Positions 40,411 through 53,780 of a stretch of 64,000 bases of DNA are shown piece by piece. A program made the translations under genes and the position numbers. Under the pieces are notes generated by a model. The model saw only the letters and a program-made list of their open reading frames with translations, was not told where the DNA came from and made no database searches. Positions within the stretch are counted from its first letter, which is position 1. Each line of letters starts with the position of its first letter. Source of the DNA: Rhina ancylostomus (taxonomy: Eukaryota); the NCBI GenBank assembly GCA_030265395.1, contig JARFYF010000046.1:14684082-14748081 (forward strand). The letters are read 5' to 3'.

Positions 40411-42856
40411 ACATTACTATTCCTTCCTCGAGTGAAGTTTCATTCTTTGTGTTTTGCTGTTCAGCGTGCGTGCATATTCTGTGCATTGTCTATGTGCGAG
40501 CACAGATCGCGATTTATTTAAGTATCTTATCAGTGAATAACGGGGCCTGCGCGAAAAATAAAACAAAAGGGGGCATTTCGGGTTGTTCCAGTTCACTGTA
40601 GCAAGTCTTTTTCGAAATGCAAGGAGCTGGACATCTGCTGATTAGTGAAATTTCAATGTGTACAAAAAATATGATCAATGATGACACTGACCACTATGAG
40701 TGTGTGTTTACATATACAAGCACGGTGTCGCGGCCTATCTTTACAGACTCATGGCTTTTCTCTGATCGTCCAGTGGTCTTCAGTTTTTACACCAAATTTC
40801 AAAAGTACCAATCCTAGTAAAAGTGGGAGAGTTTGGAATCGAAATAGCGGCTCCTTGCAGTTTGCGAGCCTGCAGCGAGGATTTGCTATTTCTGGCATTT
40901 TTGTTAAACCGCCTGATATTGCCGGAAGCACTTTCTTTTCGCTTTCCTCCCGATTGAGAAACTCTGTAAACAATATTTTTCCCCGATATCAGTAACTTGT
41001 TTTGCCGGAACTTGAACTAAGAACCATATTAATAACACGTTCATTTAGAAATTGATCACATTACAGGAACTATACGTTGTTCGAACTTAGCAAAAGTGCA
41101 ATGTGGCAGTGCCGTGCTTCCCTTACGGAACAGGGCTCGTTATCCCCATTGCCTTAATAATACTGATATAAAATACCCTGCAACATATACTAAGTAAATA
41201 TCATTCTTCTTGCTAAAAAGAGCAAATATATTCTAACACATATGGCTTCCTCTTAAATGGCCAATGTATTCTCATTCAAACATGTGATGCATTAATAACA
41301 GCCTGAAAGAAAGTGCCTTATCTTCACAAAGATATGTTTTGCAAGCTAATACCGTCGATTACAGGTACACACGCTGTGTTTCATGAATTATTTATAATAG
41401 TATTCCAGTGCATAAAACGCATGGTCAATTAAATGCCCAGCTAAAAGACCTGTGAACAATGTGATTTCCTAAACTAAAACAAAATATAAACATGAAATTA
41501 AAAATAAATAGATTTTATAATTTAGAATCTAAGTATTAAGAACAATTATAATTGCTTTAAATCTTCTCAGTTCAACTTGCTTTAGAGAATGTTCCTTTGT
41601 GTAAACAATTCATTAATAAAATATTAGACAGCGTTACCAGCCGGCGACATATAATTTTAATGCACATAAATATTATGAACCCATTAGTAGTCGCCCAGCC
41701 AGGATAAACGCGACCTAAATTATTTTTGCATTGTAATCCTCTTCGTCGCTGATCGTTCACGCATTATAAGCAGAGGCCCTGTTTAATTGGAGATGATATA
41801 GACCTACTAAACGCAAATGTATATTCAAATTGTGCTTTTTATCATGGAACATACTGACATGCTTTTAAATCAATCTGGCGAAAACATTAGTGAATTATTT
41901 TGTACGTGTTTTGTGCTTCATTTGTGTTGTAAACTCTGTTCAGTATTTTTCGACCTCAAAGTGCTGAAGAATATAATCATTTAAGCAGAAAGAAATGCTG
42001 GGAAATGATTAAATCAACTGGACTCCCAAATGAAAGTAGCTAGTAGTATTTAGGCAATGCATAACTGACTCAAAATTTCACGCCATATCAGAGATGAAAT
42101 CACACGATAAGATAGCTTAACTAAAATACCGGTGCTCTGGTGACGGTTTTGGGAGGCGGGGAAGGTTTGGCCTTTCAACCCCTGGAACTCTTCCCCATTT
42201 CGAAAATTAGGATCAACTACAGAATTTTTAATTTTCTGTGGGTCACACGCTTCTGAAAACTACTCATTATTAATACGATCACGTGCTCAGTTCTTTACTA
42301 ACTCCCAATGTACAGTGAGTGATTGAAAGTGCTCACTAGAGCCAATTAAATAATAGTCATCGCAACAACACGGAGAATGCTCGGGCTAATGTCGAAAGAT
42401 GCCGACACTTTAACAAGGCAATGAAACCAATGGAAGAAGTTGGGTTTAACGCAGAAACACGGGTCTACAAAGTCGAGGAGATGTAATTGCTGCTTATACT
42501 CCAATCAAACGGTTGCTCAAAGGCAGCCTGGAACCTTATCTTTATTACTCTTTCCAGAAGCCCAGACGAATTTCGTGAATACCTCGTTTATCTTTTGGAG
42601 TCAGCTAAGATTTTCATTATGGTTTTGTCCCTAATTTTCCATAACTTAATATAAAAGGCCTGCATTATGTAATAGTGCAGTCGCTCGTTATTTTTAGGCT
42701 GTTTCACTCCCCCCTTTTATCCTTTCTCTTTTTCGCTTTTTTTTCTATATTTATCAAGAGGGAGCTGTGAAGTGTGGTTGCCGTTTTACGTTGCTAACAA
42801 TTAAGTCACAGTATTTGGGTTTTCGTGCTTCTTTTGCAAGAATTGTGCGGCGAAAT

Positions 42857-43006
42857 ATGGCGGAGAGTGAAGAAGCCTTCGGGCTGCCAGCAACAACACA
42901 CAGCGAGTCCGAGCCCAAGGAACACTCTTCTGAAACTAAGCAGGACAGCCTGCTCGGAGCGGCCAACAAACCCCACTCCCCACAACAAGCTACGTATACT
43001 CAACAG
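42857..43006 (+). CDS. tbx5: tbx5 first coding exon (human exon 2 equivalent), 50 codons
   Basis: ATG at 42857 encodes MAESEEAFGLPATTHSESEPKEHSSETKQDSLLGAANKPHSPQQATYTQQ, homologous to the TBX5 N-terminus (MADADEGFGL...SPQAAFTQQ). Donor CAG|GTTGGT at 43007, phase 0. Confidence 0.95.
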
Positions 43007-43346
43007 GTTGGTCTCAGACACCCCTACGCTAACAAAACAACGTGCAGTGCGGCACAATAAGTGCACGTTATTGCTTAACACTGGTAACAACTAGGTGCTA
43101 CATGTAAATGTCTGTAAATGCATCTCTGACACCTTTCTTGGTGCTCGTGTACACAGACGCTTGATTGGTTAATCTCATTGCTCGTAACATACTTTTGGGC
43201 CATTGCTTAGAATTATCTCTTGATTTGTAATTGAGGGAGAAATTATGAGGGAAGTTATTGCATTGATTAGTTAGATTGCAATGATTGTGCTGATAATGCA
43301 ATCCTAATTGCAGATATTTATTCATTGTAATTTCCACTTCTTCTAG

Positions 43347-43442
<96 letters not shown>

Positions 43443-44879
43443 TAAGGAAGAACCAATTTACCCAAACGAAATGCTACAAAATTCACCGTTGCTGCTTATG
43501 TTAATACCTATCGTGATCATCTTCACTGCTGGACTCCGTACTTAAATGCAGTTGTGAATATGCTTTTGATCAACCAAAGTTCGTAGTGACAGAACTTTCC
43601 CTGTTATACAAAATCTGTTCGTCCCAAAGGGAAATACTTAAGTGGTTCCAAGGAGTCGAATATAATAGATAGATAATAACTTCAATGCTCAACGTTAAAC
43701 AGGCTCAGATTAATCAATTTTTAATAAGAAATATTTCAAGTGACTGTGAAGAGCAAACCCAGTCAGCATTGAAGTAACATCCAAGAAAGATAGATTTTAT
43801 GGAATATATATAAAGGCTTCCTCGAATGCATATATTTTAACCTAACTTAATATTTAGACTCTTTGTAGGGACTATAATATGAATAGTTAAGCTAAACTGC
43901 TAGAGCGTTTATAAACTGACACGGAAAGGTACTTTAATTAACATACAGGCTCGAATTAATAAATTATACTAATTACACGAAATCATCTGCTCCCCGCTAC
44001 ATTCGCATTTAATTAATTGAAAGTTTGGCAAGATTCTTTTTCCACATCTCTTTCATATTATATTTCAGTAATATTCTAAACAAGTTACGAAGTTCTGGGT
44101 TGAGGCAGAAATCCAGGCCGTTCAACTTAAGATGCCTTAAAAGACCCGAGCCGCGCAGGGTATCCCAGTAGTTTCGGGTGAAAGCAATGCTTACTTTAAT
44201 TCTGCCCTCACAAGATTTCTTTTCGCATGCAGACAACATGTTCCCTCATGGGCTTTCAATNNNNNNNNNNNNNNNNNNNNNNNNNNNNNNNNNNNNNNNN
44301 NNNNNNNNNNNNNNNNNNNNNNNNNNNNNNNNNNNNNNNNNNNNNNNNNNNNNNNNNNNNTCAGCCCATTTACGATGAACAAGTAATAAATATTGATAAA
44401 GATCTGCATATATTCAAGCTGTTATTCGATAATTTGGTGAGACAATAAATACAGCTTTTCCATTTAAAAGCTTTTTACTTTCCCCCTTAATGCGATTTCT
44501 TAATGGCTAAAAAACAGCTTCAGATTATTTTGCCGATGTATTTTGTAAACACGTTTCGCATTCACAAACTAACAGCTACTTTGATACAAAGAGACGAAGC
44601 ATTAGGCTTTGTATGCAGGTTACAAATTAGGCCTTGATCGAAGCCATGTTTTGTATATTACTTACTGCATTAACGCTGCCTGTTTAACCGCGGCTGTTAT
44701 AATTCGTGTTTACTATGCACATGAATTACAGATCGTGTTTGTTTGTTCAAGTTGAACAATCAACCTTTCCATCAATTTGCTTGTACAAAATAAAGCTATG
44801 TATCAGTAAATACTGAGCGAGGTCTCCAGCGGCATATATTATCTTTGAGATTGGTCGAAATTAATATTTTCTGTAGTGA

Positions 44880-45101
<222 letters not shown>

Positions 45102-45506
45102 TAACAAAAAGTCGTATGCTAGTTAGTCTGAACAGATTCGGATTAGCGCGGTAACGGAGTTCCTTCGCTGGGGAGATGCGAATGATTAGTCTTTCAAAAG
45201 CGTCACTTGCTGTTCCACGGGTCGGAAGCAGCACATGCATAGTGTGTAAAGGAGGCCGTGCGTGGATAAATTCTAAATGGTGTATGAGGTTTAATTTAAA
45301 CAAACACGTGGGGGTTTTAAATCGACATTTCTCTCAGGTATCTTGAGCATGTCGCTTCCTAGCAGAGACTCTGCAATGTAGATTCAGGAGTTGGTTTCAA
45401 CGTGTATAAAATATTCTTTGAAAGCGACACCTGCTTTATCGTTGTCAATGCTCTTTGTGTGCTCTGTGTCTAGACGGGATGAATGTAGAAGTTTAGCTCC
45501 GATTAA

Positions 45507-45797
<291 letters not shown>

Positions 45798-47420
45798 TGA
45801 GCGTTAACAAGGATATCCCGAAAGTTAAATCCTGCCAAACTGCTTGCCGAATGGAAATGTAATGAACTTAACTGGGTTTGGCCTACGAAGGGTTAACCAG
45901 AGAGTTGGAGGGTGATGGAATTTGGCGTAACACGAATAATTGTTGTTGGTTTTTTCCTGTTGCTATACATCCTAGAAGTGGACATTAACAAGGTTGCTAT
46001 TTCAACTGCGGCATTGGGCCAAGTAATTTTTTTTAAAGCGACGCACCAGGAATGCAATGGTTTGCAAACACGAGTTGAGAATGGAACCTTTCACTCCACC
46101 TGAAATTAATGGTCCCGAACACACATTGCCTCATTCTGCTGCGGTGCATTGTGGGACACTGGGAGGTCTGTCTTAACATAAACAATACGAGTATTATGAA
46201 GAAGGCACACGTGTTCAATTCCCCGCTTTTGCCCATCTAGACTTTCGAATCCAATCGATGTTGCATTATAAAGAGTAGTTCAAACATTCTCCTTTAAGGC
46301 CCCAATGATTTGGTTTGTTCCCTTTTGTTATTTGTTGTAAAATGAGTGCAGTTGCTCCATTTGACATATTAAAGCACTTAAAAATGATCACATCTCTGCT
46401 GGCCTGTATTATCTGCGAGGCTTACCTCGAGACAAGAATTAACGTTAGAAAACAGAACCAAAACACAAGTTGAAAATATCAACTTTAACAGTTTTGCTGA
46501 AGTTTCGGAATATTCTCCTGTCAGAATAGAGAGCTGTGTTCCCCAGACATTAAGCACTTCGTTAGGTAACGGTAGCCTTGGAAACTGCCGTGCAATGGAT
46601 GGAAGCCCGATGGAGGCAGCCTTCCCTACTGTGAAAAGGCGGCGATTGCTAAAATCTCTCTAAACAAACGGATAGAGACGCAACAATGAGAAATTCATTT
46701 AACAAATTGCTAGATGTAACCAGTACTGGTAGCCTCTCAATTAAGTGGGATGTAATGAAATTAAAAATCATTAGATCGTTCACCAGTGATGTCTGGGGCT
46801 TACGGGACTGTCAAAGCAATTTAACTAAGCCTGGGGGATGAGAGGGACTCCAAGAAGAGATGACTTGGAGGGTCGGCCATCGCGGGACAAGCAGCGTCTT
46901 TCTGTCGCCAGATTCGCTCCCAACCCTTCCCCCCTACCCACCAGCAATCTTGGCGATCTTGGAATAATTGCAGAATGAGTTCTTCGAAAAGTCACTTTGG
47001 CATTACCAGATGCTTGAAACGTTTTAAATCACATTTCTTAAAATGAAAGACAGCGTGTCCTCCTAAGGGGTCGGCTGCTAATGGAAGGGGTTTAGGAAAT
47101 TGGGTGTTTTCCAAAACAAGATCCCAGCCACTCTGTGAAAATCTACCCAGAATGCCAGCATTCCCCTGTCTTGACTCGAACAAGTTGCCATTGGGGTGAG
47201 AAATCTTGTGGAAGTGGGGACATTGAAAAATTGGTGTACGACGACCTTTCCCTCAGCTTTTAAATACAAAGATGATAATTTCCTTCCTCTTTTCCCTTTT
47301 TGTATTCTGAGTTTTTGACGAGAAGCCTCCTGTTACTGCAAATGCCCAAGTTGACAAAACAGCTTAATTTAGACACTTAATTTTTGTCCAACTATAACTG
47401 CACTTATCTTCTTTTGTTAG

Positions 47421-47585
<165 letters not shown>

Positions 47586-50500
47586 TGAGGGAGTCTGAGC
47601 CACGTAGAAGCCATTCGCTCACTCACACCCCTGCAATCCCAAATTTCAGTTCCTACTCGTTGTTTGTAAAGAGAAGCGACAGCCAGGCTCATTGTCATAT
47701 TGCTGACCGGGCCAGAGTGGATTCGGGCCACGACATGGACAGGTCACGATCTATAAGTAACATTGTTACTGGGACACATTGCAAACAAACGCGACGCTTT
47801 GGATCTATACTTTAATAATTAATATCATGCACAGCCATTAAAGATTTAAACACTGCTTATTTACGTAACGCGATATTTACATAGTTGACCAGGTTCTAAG
47901 AAAATAAAATGGCTGAGATTCAGATGATATGTTTGCAGTAAATTTTAGACCACCAGGTTACAAGCCCCAAACTGTTTTTGTTCTTTTACTGGGTGCCGAT
48001 GGATCGCAATATATTTTGTAAATTTTCTGCTTTTATTTCAGACGTCTAGCATTTGCGAATGACGTCCTTTATATATTTCCGTTAGGATTCTTGTGAGTGG
48101 GTTGCATTATATGAGGATAACTCGCCACATATGAAAAGTTTAGACTAATTTTTAACTTCCGCCCTTAGTGAAATAACGCCATTTGGGGAATTAGTTGAGG
48201 ATTAAAATTTCAAAGATCAACAATCACTCTGGCGGATGTCATTGAACGATCTGAGAAGGCAGAACAGCACATTTTATAGCTTCACTCAATTGCGCTACGC
48301 GCCCGGTTAAACAATTGACGGGCAAAAACTTTCTCCTGCAGCGATTATTTCAGGAAAAGGTCGATGCTTGGAGTAGGAATCCGTTTAACTTTCCAACCAC
48401 AATCAAAGTTAAAAAAAGCCCCACCTGCAGTTCACCAATTGTAAAATGGAACTGACATTTATCATTGTTAATGGAAAAAGGTTGCGTTTCCCTCCAAGTG
48501 CAAGGTTTGTAGCATTAGACTTGCGTTTTAAATTTAAGAGATCAATATTCTTCATTGGATTGTAAAATGTTCCAGGGAAACGTGATTGAAAAAAATACCT
48601 ATATGGTGTGGGTTTTGGGATTCAAAGTTTTAACTAATTTAATAGTAGGAAGAACTTTCATTGCAGATTAGCCGCGCCAATGTCTGTACCTTGGAAGCCC
48701 ACAATTTCAAATTAATTCGAAACGGGACAAACGTTGCTGCAGGTTGAAACAAAAATAACAGGGTGACTTTTTCGGCTGACAAGCAAATCATTTTTAACTC
48801 TTTGCAATCTATTGCTTGAGCGTCCAGCTTCCTCAGTAGATCTCGCTACTAAGACCATCTAATGTGTTAAACTCTGACTTAGTTTGACATCCTCTTCCCC
48901 AAGAATCGGTACACAGCAGGGCAATTACTTAAAATTGCACAGAGCACAGTTGCTCCCCAAAGGTTTTTGTTTTGCTTATTACAATTGCATTCTGTTATCC
49001 ATTTTATTAAAATGGACGTGCAAAGTATAAAGCCAAAGTTAGGTTTTATAATGTCTTTAAAACTTTCTAAAATAACGTGTGTTTTATTGTAGAACTAATA
49101 TTTAATCATCATCAATGTGTTTGTAGCGCTCACTTAAATTGAGATTAATCGTACGTTTAACAAAAGTATTACAAAATGCAAGCCATTATAAATATTGAAA
49201 ATAATGGCGTGCTATGAGATACATTTCTAATATATAACTCTCTGAAAACAAGAAATCATGGGTGTACTATTTGAAATATGAAATACAGTTTGATTATTTC
49301 ATATCAATTATTAAGATGGATGTTGTAAAATCAAATAATGTAGAAATTTAATGAAACAAATGATAGTCTTTCGGCTTATATTACCTGAAGTAGTACCTGC
49401 ATGTATTCCTTTCAATTGACCAGTGTAATCATACCCTGACATGTTTTTCCTCCGTTGTGCTTTGCCTTGTATCTCCCTAACGGAACGGGGTTCTTTCTTC
49501 ATTCCTACGACTAACCTATTTGATCAAGTGGCAAGCTCCTAAGGTTCGCGGTTACGCTGAGGTGTATTACTTGCCCACGACTTGCAACTCGTGGAGCCGC
49601 TGACGCAATCCGCGGGGGAAAATATCATTTAAAATGAAATGCAACGAATTTTCGTAGGGGACTTTTCAGAATACCCAATACAGTTTTTTCATGGCTTTCA
49701 AATGAAAGAAAGGCAGGTTTTAATATCAGCAATATCCCTTTACAGATTGCTCCAAAGTATTCACTGCAGGTTATTTAGTTGTGTGAAATATTGCCCTCAC
49801 ATTTCCCCAGCAGTGGGGATAATTATTCACGAGGATAGCATCTTTAATCTTTTGGGTCTTATCCACTTCACTGAAATAATAAAAGCCAGGTTCTATATAT
49901 CGTCAATTTCAATCGGACCTGGCTAATTTATTGGATGCTGGCCAGGGCTACTGGTACACCAGTAATACTTGGCACGGACGTGTCCGGAGTCGACTGTGGT
50001 CGCCCTGGCAGACCTAAACCAGAATGGTCACCCAATTGAACCTCCAGTCAATCCAGACAAAAGAGCGGCGAGCACGTGTGTTTGGAATGCATGCTCATAG
50101 AAGTAACAGTAAATGACTTTATATGAAGTCTCCAGGAAGTTTCCTGGACAAGCTTAGGCACTTTTATAACGCCTCTTTGAATTGGGTATACAATTATTCC
50201 GCAACGAAATCCAATTCAAAGGCTTTGAGATTCCGTTTTACCAGGTTACCAGGCGATACTGACACATCCAAATCAATATGAATACCGGGCCACCTCGCAG
50301 ACAGACAAAACTAATTGTAAGGCTTACATGACCCCCTCAGTATTACACAATTCAATGACGGATTAAAGTTAACCAGCATTGCTACAGATTGCGCCAAGAT
50401 CTGTTGAATCCCGTTTCAGCATCAGAATATCTGTCAAAATGTTGGGAAAGTATGAGTGAAAACTTATATTTTCTTTAAACACGAAAAAAGCTGCACTGTG

Positions 50501-50671
50501 AAGTAAGGAATGTTCAAGATGTCAAAACAAAAATAAATGACTCAGGTAGGCACTTAAAATCCATGTCCAATGCAGCAGACTTGTTTGCATTGTCATTATT
50601 TTCATGGGAAATGTTTAATTGGGGGTTCCATTTGGAAAATATTTTATGTCAATGTGCTGTAAGAAATTTAA

Positions 50672-50788
<117 letters not shown>

Positions 50789-51663
50789 TAACTCGCGTTC
50801 ACACTCTGCGTTGCATGAAATGGACCAAATGCCAAATATATGTTGTCCAGCCAAACATATACAATAATTTGCATTAGTCACGGTTGTAATGTGGGGAATC
50901 AGATATAACTGAAGGTGCAGCAAACCTGACTCATCTGCTTTCTGCTGTGTGGATAGAACACCGTTAAGGACAATTTTTTGAAAACCAGAGCCTCTATTAA
51001 TTACCTTGTACTAATAACCCTGCTTCATGCACAGAGCTTGTAGATCATGAGACTATTACATGAAAATGTTGTTGTAGAACTTTTCAAAACTGGTCACACT
51101 TGGCCTTTAGACAACACTATATTGGGTCAGATTTTCCAAGTGCAGATTGATCCAAGAATACTTTTACTCGAAAATTGAAATCAGGCGTCCGCTGACCCTG
51201 GCCAACGAATGCATGCCTCAAAGTAAGGCCTGAAAGCAAGCATTCGTTGGCCTTGAGTAATCCATTATATTGGCCGTAAACAAGAAAGCGGAGGATTTTC
51301 TAAAACAACATTATGTAGCACAGAAGAGGCTGTTCGGCCCATTGTGCATGTGCAAGGGTTGCCTTGCACCGCCTCTCTACACGTTCTCACAGCCCCTGAC
51401 ATTAGAATTGACAGAGCGATAGGCAGAAGAGAGGGAATCACACAGAATAATAACAAAAAGTTTAGTTGTGATCTTCAAAGCATGCAAAAAAATTTAAATA
51501 ACGTGAAATTTAACTCTTCAGGCCACAGACTGAACCATGTAGTTTTAACACAACATTATAACCACAACCACAACAAAAAATGTGCCCCATGTAAGTAGGA
51601 TAGTATTGAGGTTTTCATCCCGGTTTGAATGTTAAAGTCTTTACTTATGTAATATGCATACAG

Positions 51664-51887
51664 TAAAGAATACCCCGTGGTTCCCAGGAGCACGGTCAGG
51701 CAACGTGTGGGGTCCGCCGCGAATCAGTTCAGCGGGGAGGTACGAGTGTTGCCCGTGTCCAACAACCTGAACTCCCAGTACCAATGCGAGAACGGCATCT
51801 CTAGTTCGTCTCAAGAGCTGCTCCCTCCCAACCCGTATTCAATCTCCCAGGAACAGAGTCCGCTCTATCACTGCAACAAAAGGAAAG
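51664..51887 (+). CDS. tbx5: tbx5 coding exon (exon 8)
   Basis: Acceptor atgcatacag; encodes [74 protein letters not shown]; 224 bp; donor AAAG|GTAAGG; ends in the KRK NLS-type motif. Confidence 0.96.
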
Positions 51888-52609
51888 GTAAGGCATCTTT
51901 CAGCGCGTTCTCCAACGCTTCTCTGACCACGGCGCATTTTAGTGTGAACTCTCATATGCGCTGTCAGTGTCATGTCAGGATCAGCTTGGAATTTTATAGT
52001 GAAAAGATATATAGTAGTACATGTTAGAATTGGAAATGAAATATTTTCCCGTTCCAATAACATCGCAAGCGCAGCATATTCTATTATCGAGGGAATAGCA
52101 GATGTAAAAAATAAACTGACAAGTAGTCATCCACCTCAAGTGTTCCCACTGAGAGATCTAAACTGTCTCTTCTGTGGGTGGCTTCTCTAAATAACCAGTT
52201 ATCTGTTCCGCTTGAGTGTCAAAAAATAAACAACTCTTGAGGCTACAGTGGCCAGATGGAATGCTGTGATGTTAAACGAACATGTGACCTTCCAAATCCC
52301 AGCTCCACCTCACACCGGCGGGGCTTGTGAAGACTTCTTCCTCCTAAGTACATTTTAGCAATATTCCATTGCATGGAAGGCAAGGGATAACTTTTGTGGA
52401 GATATATCTTATTGCAGATACACCTTTAGCAAGATGTTGACTCACAGAACCCTTGACAAACACAGATGTAAAGGGTCCAGGAACATTTGCATTGACTTGA
52501 TAAGCTTTGAAATAAAAGAGAGCAGTGATGTGTATGCACATTGGGGTTTGGGGGTAGCGAGGAAAGGGGACAACTTTGTAGGCCCAGACTTATGAAAAAA
52601 AAGAACCAT

Positions 52610-53060
52610 TCACCTCAATAGAGCATTTTCTGCAACTTCAGTGTGTTCCCAAATACATTTCAGCCAATGAAGTATAGTCACTGCTGTAATAAAGGAAATA
52701 TATCCAAACATGTGCTTATGACCAGTTAATCAGCTCATTTGGTAACACTGACTGAGGCATAAATGTTTGCCAGGACAGTGGAGAATAACTCCCTTACTAT
52801 TCTTCATATAATGTCATGGAATCTTTAACATTCATCAGTGAGGGCAAAAGACCTCAGTTCAATGCCTCATCCCCATATATGGTTCTGGCATTGCTGCCTC
52901 CTCTTAGTATGACATGGAGTGTGAGCCAAAGCATTGCAGTCACGTCTATGAAACGAAATTTGAGCCCACAACCTGCTGATCTGAACTGGCCTCAGAGACA
53001 CGAGACGCTTTGTACCTCGTGGCCCTGAGAGAGAAACAGGCAATGTTACCACTAAACTGT
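52610..53060 (-). mobile_element. Deu-domain SINE (SacSINE1/AmnSINE1-like) in the last tbx5 intron
   Basis: cagccaatgaagta...gtcactgctgtaat...aggcataaatgtttgccaggacagtggagaataactccc...catggaatcttt...gagggca...cctcagttcaatgcctcatcc...ttgagcccacaacctgctga. Confidence 0.75.
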
Positions 53061-53196
53061 TTATAAGATTATTTTCATCAAATTTACTGACAAAAGCAGT
53101 GTCTTTAATAGTTAAATGATATCTGTATTGTTTCATATTATAGATTGTTTATTAATGAAACTTGATTCCACTCTGATTTATCTATATAAGCAGCAG

Positions 53197-53780
53197 AAGA
53201 AGACTGCAACTCGACCGAGCATCCATTCAAGAAGTCATATATAGAGAGCCCTCCTCCAGAAGATGACCCTTTCTACAGGTCCTCAAGTTACTCCCAGCAG
53301 CAAAACCTTACTCCTTCTTATAGGACTGACTCAGCACAACGGCAGGCATGCATGTATGCTGGCTCTACAGCAGGAACGGACGCCGGCTCCAGCCTTGATG
53401 ACATTAGTTGTAACACTTGGGCCACTGTTCCTTCATACAGCAGCTGCACAGTGACTGCAATGCAGCCCATGGACCGAATACCCTACCAACACTTCTCAGC
53501 GCATTTCACATCAAGCCCATTAATGCCTCGCATCTCTGGAGTTGCCAACCACACGTCTCCACAGATAGGGGACACCCACAATATGTTTCAGCATCAGACC
53601 TCAGTTTCTCACCAGCCCATAGTCAGGCCATGTGCTCCTCAAGCTGGCATTCAGTCTGCAAGCAATCTTCAACCCGGTGACTACTTGTATCCACATGGCA
53701 TGTCAAGAACCCTCTCACCACATCAATACCATTCAGTACATGGAGTTGGCATGGTGCCAGAATGGACTGAAAACAGCTAA
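53197..53780 (+). CDS. tbx5: tbx5 last coding exon (exon 9), transactivation region; start could be 53194 (NAGNAG)
   Basis: Encodes [30 protein letters not shown]...AQRQACMYA...ISCNTW...PYQHFSAHF...[24 protein letters not shown] with TAA at 53778-53780. The eight exons sum to 1566 nt (521 aa plus stop). Confidence 0.96.

Noticed and set aside
39000-42800. Orthologue of the antisense lncRNA TBX5-AS1
   Set aside because: Plausible by position, but nothing in the sequence alone defines its exons.
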